A stretch of DNA of 64,000 nt from Chamaesiphon sp. GTDB taxonomy: Bacteria; Cyanobacteriota; Cyanobacteriia; Cyanobacteriales; Chamaesiphonaceae. Position numbers and translations under genes: made by a program. The notes beneath the pieces were generated by a model. It did not search any database. It saw only the letters and a program-made list of their open reading frames with translations, and was not told where the DNA came from. Shown here in pieces: positions 59,800-64,000 of the stretch (within the stretch, counting starts at the first letter, position 1; every line of letters begins with the position of its first letter). Location: the NCBI GenBank assembly GCA_965246715.1, contig CBDFFH010000005.1:224001-288000 (forward strand), written 5' to 3'.

Positions 59800-62550
59800 A
59801 TGACAATCGCGCCAACTCAAGAAGAAATCAGGCTACAGGAGGCACAAAGCCGCACAGCTCACTGGCGACGCTGGGGGCCGTATTTGAGCGATCGCCAGTG
59901 GGGGACAGTGCGCGAAGATTATAGCAAGTATGGTTCGGCTTGGGATTATTTTACCCACGACCAGGCGCGATCGCGGGCTTATCGGTGGGGGGAAGATGGT
60001 TTATTGGGGATTTCGGACAATCATCAGCGATTGTGTTTAGGGATTGCGCTATGGAATGGTGAAGATCCGATTCTCAAGGAGCGACTATTTGGGTTGACGG
60101 GGAATGAAGGCAATCATGGGGAAGATGTCAAGGAATATTACTTTTATCTTGACAATACGCCGACCCATTCATATATGAAGGCGTTGTATAAATATCCCCA
60201 TCAAGCCTTTCCTTACGATCGATTAGTTGCCGAGAATCATCAGCGCACGCGGCAAGATCCAGAGTTTGAACTGTTAGATACAGGGATATTTGATGACGAG
60301 CGATATTTCGATGTCTGCGTTGAATATGCTAAAGATAGTGCTGAAGATATCTTGATGCAAGTTACGGTCAGCAATCGCGGAGCTGAAGCTCGAACGCTCC
60401 ATCTACTCCCTACGCTGTGGTTTCGCAATACTTGGTCGTGGAATGGTGATGAAGAGCATAAACCAACTCTCCAAGCAATTCAGACCAGCAATTACACGAA
60501 AGTCATCGAAGTAAATCACTCTACATTAGGGAAATATTGGCTATATGCTCGTGGCAATGGCGAACTGTTATTTACAGAGAATGAAACTAATAACGAACGC
60601 ATATTTGACAATCCAAATGCTTCGCCTTATGTCAAAGACAGCATTAATGATTTTGTTGTTAATAGAAATAAACAGGCTGTAAATCCCGCTCTTATCGGTA
60701 CGAAAGCAGCTATTCATTATGTCCTATCGATCGAGCCTGGAGCGACTCAGACGATCCAGTTGCGACTTAGTAATGTCCATCCAAAAGATTTTGAATTGGA
60801 TGTTCGGGTTAACAATCTGCTAAAATCGCCTTTCCAAGAATTTGAAACTATACTTGCAAGTCGCCAACAAGAAGCCGATGAATTTTATCACCGAGTTACG
60901 CCCTTTTCCCTGAGTGAAGATATGCGAAATGTCCAACGTCAGGCGTTTGCTGGAATGTTGTGGTGCAAGCAATATTACCACTATATTGTCGAAGATTGGC
61001 TCAAGGGCGATGCCGGGGAACCGATGCCGCCCAAAGAACGCAAACAGGGCAGAAATCAAGCGTGGTTTCATCTGTACACCGATGATATTCTGTCCATGTG
61101 TGACAAGTGGGAATATCCTTGGTTTGCGGCTTGGGATTTAGCATTTCATTGTATAACTTTAGCGACGATCGATCCGGATTTTGCTAAGTATCAATTGGAT
61201 GTCTTGACGCGCGAGTGGTATATGCACCCTAATGGCCAAATTCCGGCTTATGAGTGGGCATTTGGCGATGTAAATCCCCCCGTTCACGCTTGGGCAACTT
61301 GGCGCGTTTATCAGATCGAGCAGCAGATGTATGGGAAATCCGACACTCAGTTTCTAGAGCGCGTTTTTCAGAAATTGATGCTCAATTTTACCTGGTGGGT
61401 AAATCGCAAGGATGTGCGAGGTAACAATGTTTTTCAGGGTGGATTTTTGGGATTGGATAATATTGGTGTATTCGATCGCAGTAACGAATTGCCGACGGGT
61501 GGATACATCGACCAATCCGACGGGACTAGTTGGATGGGGATGTATTGTTTGAATATGCTCGAAATCGCCCTAGAACTAGCCAAAACTAATTCAGTTTATG
61601 AAGATATCGCCAGCAAGTTCTTCGAGCACTATTTATACATTGCCAATGCCATGAACCACATCGGTGAAATGGAAGAATCATTGTGGAATGAGGACGATGG
61701 TTTTTATTACGATGTGCTGCATTTGCCCGACAATCGCCAAATCGAAATGAAAGTCCGCTCGCTAGTGGGATTAATCCCGCTGTTTGCGGTGGGAACTTTG
61801 GAACCCGAAACACTCAAACAGTTACCCAGCTTTAAGAAGCGGATGGAATGGTTTATCAAAAATCGTCCTGACTTACGCCGGAATGTTGCTTGTATGGACA
61901 CCCCTGGCAGAGGAGCGCGCCGATTACTGGCGATCGTTTATAAGGAGAAACTGCAACGCATTTTACAAAAAATGTTAGATGAATCCGAATTCTTTAGCGA
62001 TTATGGCATTCGGGCAATTTCTCGCCACCATGCCGAACATCCCTACCATTTTCAGACTAATGGCATGGATTTTTACGTCAATTATGAACCAGCCGAATCT
62101 ACCAGTGGATTATTTGGCGGAAATTCTAATTGGCGCGGCCCCGTCTGGTTTCCAGTCAATTTTCTTCTAATTGAATCGCTCCAAAAGTTTCATCGTTATT
62201 ATGGTGATGACTTTAAGGTTGAATGCCCGACGGGTTCAGGCCGAATGCTGACACTAGCAGAAGTGGCGATCGAATTATCCCGACGACTCACGCAAATTTT
62301 CTTGAGAAATTCCGCTGGGAATCGTCCTGTTTATGGCGGAGCTGAGAAGTTTCAAAAAGATCCGCATTGGCGCGATTTAATCCTGTTCTATGAATATTTT
62401 CATGGAGATAATGGAGCCGGAATCGGTGCCAGTCATCAAACGGGATGGACGGGTCTGGTGGCGCAGTTGATTCAACAATTGGGCGAGCATGACGCGATCG
62501 ATCGACAGTCAGATGTAGAGTCAGAAATTCACTTAGAAGCAATCGAATAA
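59800..62550 (+). CDS. GH63 (MGH1-like) glycoside hydrolase (paralog of 24803)
   Basis: Same motifs as 24803..27469. Confidence 0.9.
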   Translation: MTIAPTQEEIRLQEAQSRTAHWRRWGPYLSDRQWGTVREDYSKYGSAWDYFTHDQARSRAYRWGEDGLLGISDNHQRLCLGIALWNGEDPILKERLFGLTGNEGNHGEDVKEYYFYLDNTPTHSYMKALYKYPHQAFPYDRLVAENHQRTRQDPEFELLDTGIFDDERYFDVCVEYAKDSAEDILMQVTVSNRGAEARTLHLLPTLWFRNTWSWNGDEEHKPTLQAIQTSNYTKVIEVNHSTLGKYWLYARGNGELLFTENETNNERIFDNPNASPYVKDSINDFVVNRNKQAVNPALIGTKAAIHYVLSIEPGATQTIQLRLSNVHPKDFELDVRVNNLLKSPFQEFETILASRQQEADEFYHRVTPFSLSEDMRNVQRQAFAGMLWCKQYYHYIVEDWLKGDAGEPMPPKERKQGRNQAWFHLYTDDILSMCDKWEYPWFAAWDLAFHCITLATIDPDFAKYQLDVLTREWYMHPNGQIPAYEWAFGDVNPPVHAWATWRVYQIEQQMYGKSDTQFLERVFQKLMLNFTWWVNRKDVRGNNVFQGGFLGLDNIGVFDRSNELPTGGYIDQSDGTSWMGMYCLNMLEIALELAKTNSVYEDIASKFFEHYLYIANAMNHIGEMEESLWNEDDGFYYDVLHLPDNRQIEMKVRSLVGLIPLFAVGTLEPETLKQLPSFKKRMEWFIKNRPDLRRNVACMDTPGRGARRLLAIVYKEKLQRILQKMLDESEFFSDYGIRAISRHHAEHPYHFQTNGMDFYVNYEPAESTSGLFGGNSNWRGPVWFPVNFLLIESLQKFHRYYGDDFKVECPTGSGRMLTLAEVAIELSRRLTQIFLRNSAGNRPVYGGAEKFQKDPHWRDLILFYEYFHGDNGAGIGASHQTGWTGLVAQLIQQLGEHDAIDRQSDVESEIHLEAIE

Positions 62551-62585
62551 ATCGTAAATCTTACTAACAAATACTAGAAAAACTC

Positions 62586-63749
62586 ATGTTAAATATACCA
62601 ACTGCTCGGATGAATTCATTGCAATTATTACCAACATACGGTCAGTCAGCTTGGCTGGACTATATTCGCCGCAGTTCGATTACTAGTGGCGAACTTCAAC
62701 AGATGGTCGAAGCAGGTGAGATTTGGGGCGTGACCTCGAATCCAGCGATTTTTGAGAAGGCGATCGCAGGTAGTACGGATTATGATGTGGCTATCCAAGC
62801 ATTGGAAGCAGAGCAAGATAGAGACGCGATTGCCCTTTACGAGCAACTAGCGATCGCCGATATCCAAGCCACTGCCGATATTCTCGCCCCGATTTATGCT
62901 CAAACCGATCGCCGCGATGGTTATGTCAGTCTCGAAGTCGCTCCTTACCTAGCAAATGACTTGGAGCAGACACTCCAGGAAGCTCGGCGGTTGTGGCAAG
63001 AAGTCGATCGTCCCAATCTGATGGTTAAAGTCCCCGCTACCCCCGCCGGGATACTGGCAATCGAACAATTGATAAGCGAAGGGATTAACATCAATGTGAC
63101 CCTATTATTCTCGCAAGCGGCTTACCAACAGGTTGCTGCTGCTTATGTGTCGGGCTTGGAAAAATATGTCGAGGCTGGAGGCGATGTCAGCCGAGTTGCC
63201 AGTGTAGCGAGCTTCTTTGTCAGTCGGATCGATACGGCGATCGATACTTTAATCACCGAGCGACTTAAAACCACTACCGATCCTCAACAGCAAAATTTGC
63301 TCGCATCATTGTCGGGACAGGTAGCGATCGCCAATGCCAAACTTGCCTATGAATACTATCAAGGTCTTTATCAGAGCGAGCGGTGGCAGCGACTCGCCGC
63401 ACATGGAGCGCAATCGCAACGTCTGTTATGGGCGAGTACGGGTACAAAAAATCCGCACCAAAACGAGGTTTTATATGTCGAGGAATTGATTGGTGCCGAT
63501 ACGGTCAATACTATTCCCCCAGCGACTCTAGCAGCTTTTCGCGATCGCGGTCGAGCTAGTGCCACACTCACCAAAGATGTCCAAATCGCCCGTGAAGTGT
63601 TGTCGAACCTCAATCGAGTCGGCATCTCCCTCCCAGAGGTGACAGATCGATTGCTACAAGAGGGATTGCAACTATTTAGCGATGCCTTCGATCGATTGTT
63701 GAGTGCCGTGGAGCAAAAACGTGCAGCAGTTTTGGTCGATCGGGTTTAG
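62586..63749 (+). CDS. tal: Transaldolase (long type)
   Basis: GVTSNPAIF, VSLEV, MVKVPAT, NVTLLFS, LLWASTGTK. Confidence 0.92.
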   Translation: MLNIPTARMNSLQLLPTYGQSAWLDYIRRSSITSGELQQMVEAGEIWGVTSNPAIFEKAIAGSTDYDVAIQALEAEQDRDAIALYEQLAIADIQATADILAPIYAQTDRRDGYVSLEVAPYLANDLEQTLQEARRLWQEVDRPNLMVKVPATPAGILAIEQLISEGININVTLLFSQAAYQQVAAAYVSGLEKYVEAGGDVSRVASVASFFVSRIDTAIDTLITERLKTTTDPQQQNLLASLSGQVAIANAKLAYEYYQGLYQSERWQRLAAHGAQSQRLLWASTGTKNPHQNEVLYVEELIGADTVNTIPPATLAAFRDRGRASATLTKDVQIAREVLSNLNRVGISLPEVTDRLLQEGLQLFSDAFDRLLSAVEQKRAAVLVDRV

Positions 63750-63827
63750 TCAAGTGGCAAGCAGCGATTCAACAATAACTCTTGAAGTAGAAAGAGGGAA
63801 AAACAACGCAACCCGGAGCATTACACC

Positions 63828-64000
63828 ATGAACATATCGGCAGATCGGCTCGATAACACGCCCAGTCAACCCGCAGGCCCTTGTGCGATCGTCATTTTTG
63901 GCGCAGCCGGAGACTTAACCCAACGCTTACTGATTCCCGCACTCTACAACCTGTTACGCAGCAACTTACTCTCCCCAGAATTCGCGATCGTTGGTGTCGC
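63828..64000 (+). CDS. zwf: Glucose-6-phosphate dehydrogenase, N-terminus (runs off window)
   Basis: [22 protein letters not shown]. Confidence 0.85.
   Translation, partial: MNISADRLDNTPSQPAGPCAIVIFGAAGDLTQRLLIPALYNLLRSNLLSPEFAIVGV

Noticed and set aside
1..64000. rRNA, tRNA, CRISPR arrays, integrase or prophage genes
   Set aside because: None recognised in the sequence.

Overview
This is a cyanobacterial accessory region (HIP1 GCGATCGC and its CGATCG core are very frequent) that reads as a stress-response island. It holds three sets of genes. (1) Thiol and methionine redox genes: an NTRC-like thioredoxin reductase with a separate Trx, two CcdA/exported-thioredoxin pairs, exported MsrA and MsrB beside Met-rich MXKDX-repeat proteins, an MsrPQ-like pair, an RclC (DUF417) homolog, an RclA/MerA-like flavoprotein, GSTs, OsmC and a peroxiredoxin-like/cold-shock-domain fusion. 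(2) Duplicated glucan-release and sugar-oxidation modules: two GH63, three amylo-alpha-1,6-glucosidases, two GMC oxidoreductases, SDRs, two aquaporins, tal and partial zwf. (3) Several families of small secreted proteins of unknown function. At least 13 promoters share one architecture: hexamer boxes at 11-bp period, then 10 nt, then a -10 element. This suggests an island-wide OmpR-type regulon, possibly run by the local cupin-kinase-regulator operon. Mobile DNA is abundant: an intact ISAzo13-family IS in a ClC gene, three MITEs, IS701/IS5/ISAs1 remnants and at least eight 21-25-bp HIP1-targeted SDR5-like insertions, several of them inside coding sequences. All product calls come from motif recognition only; no database searches were run.
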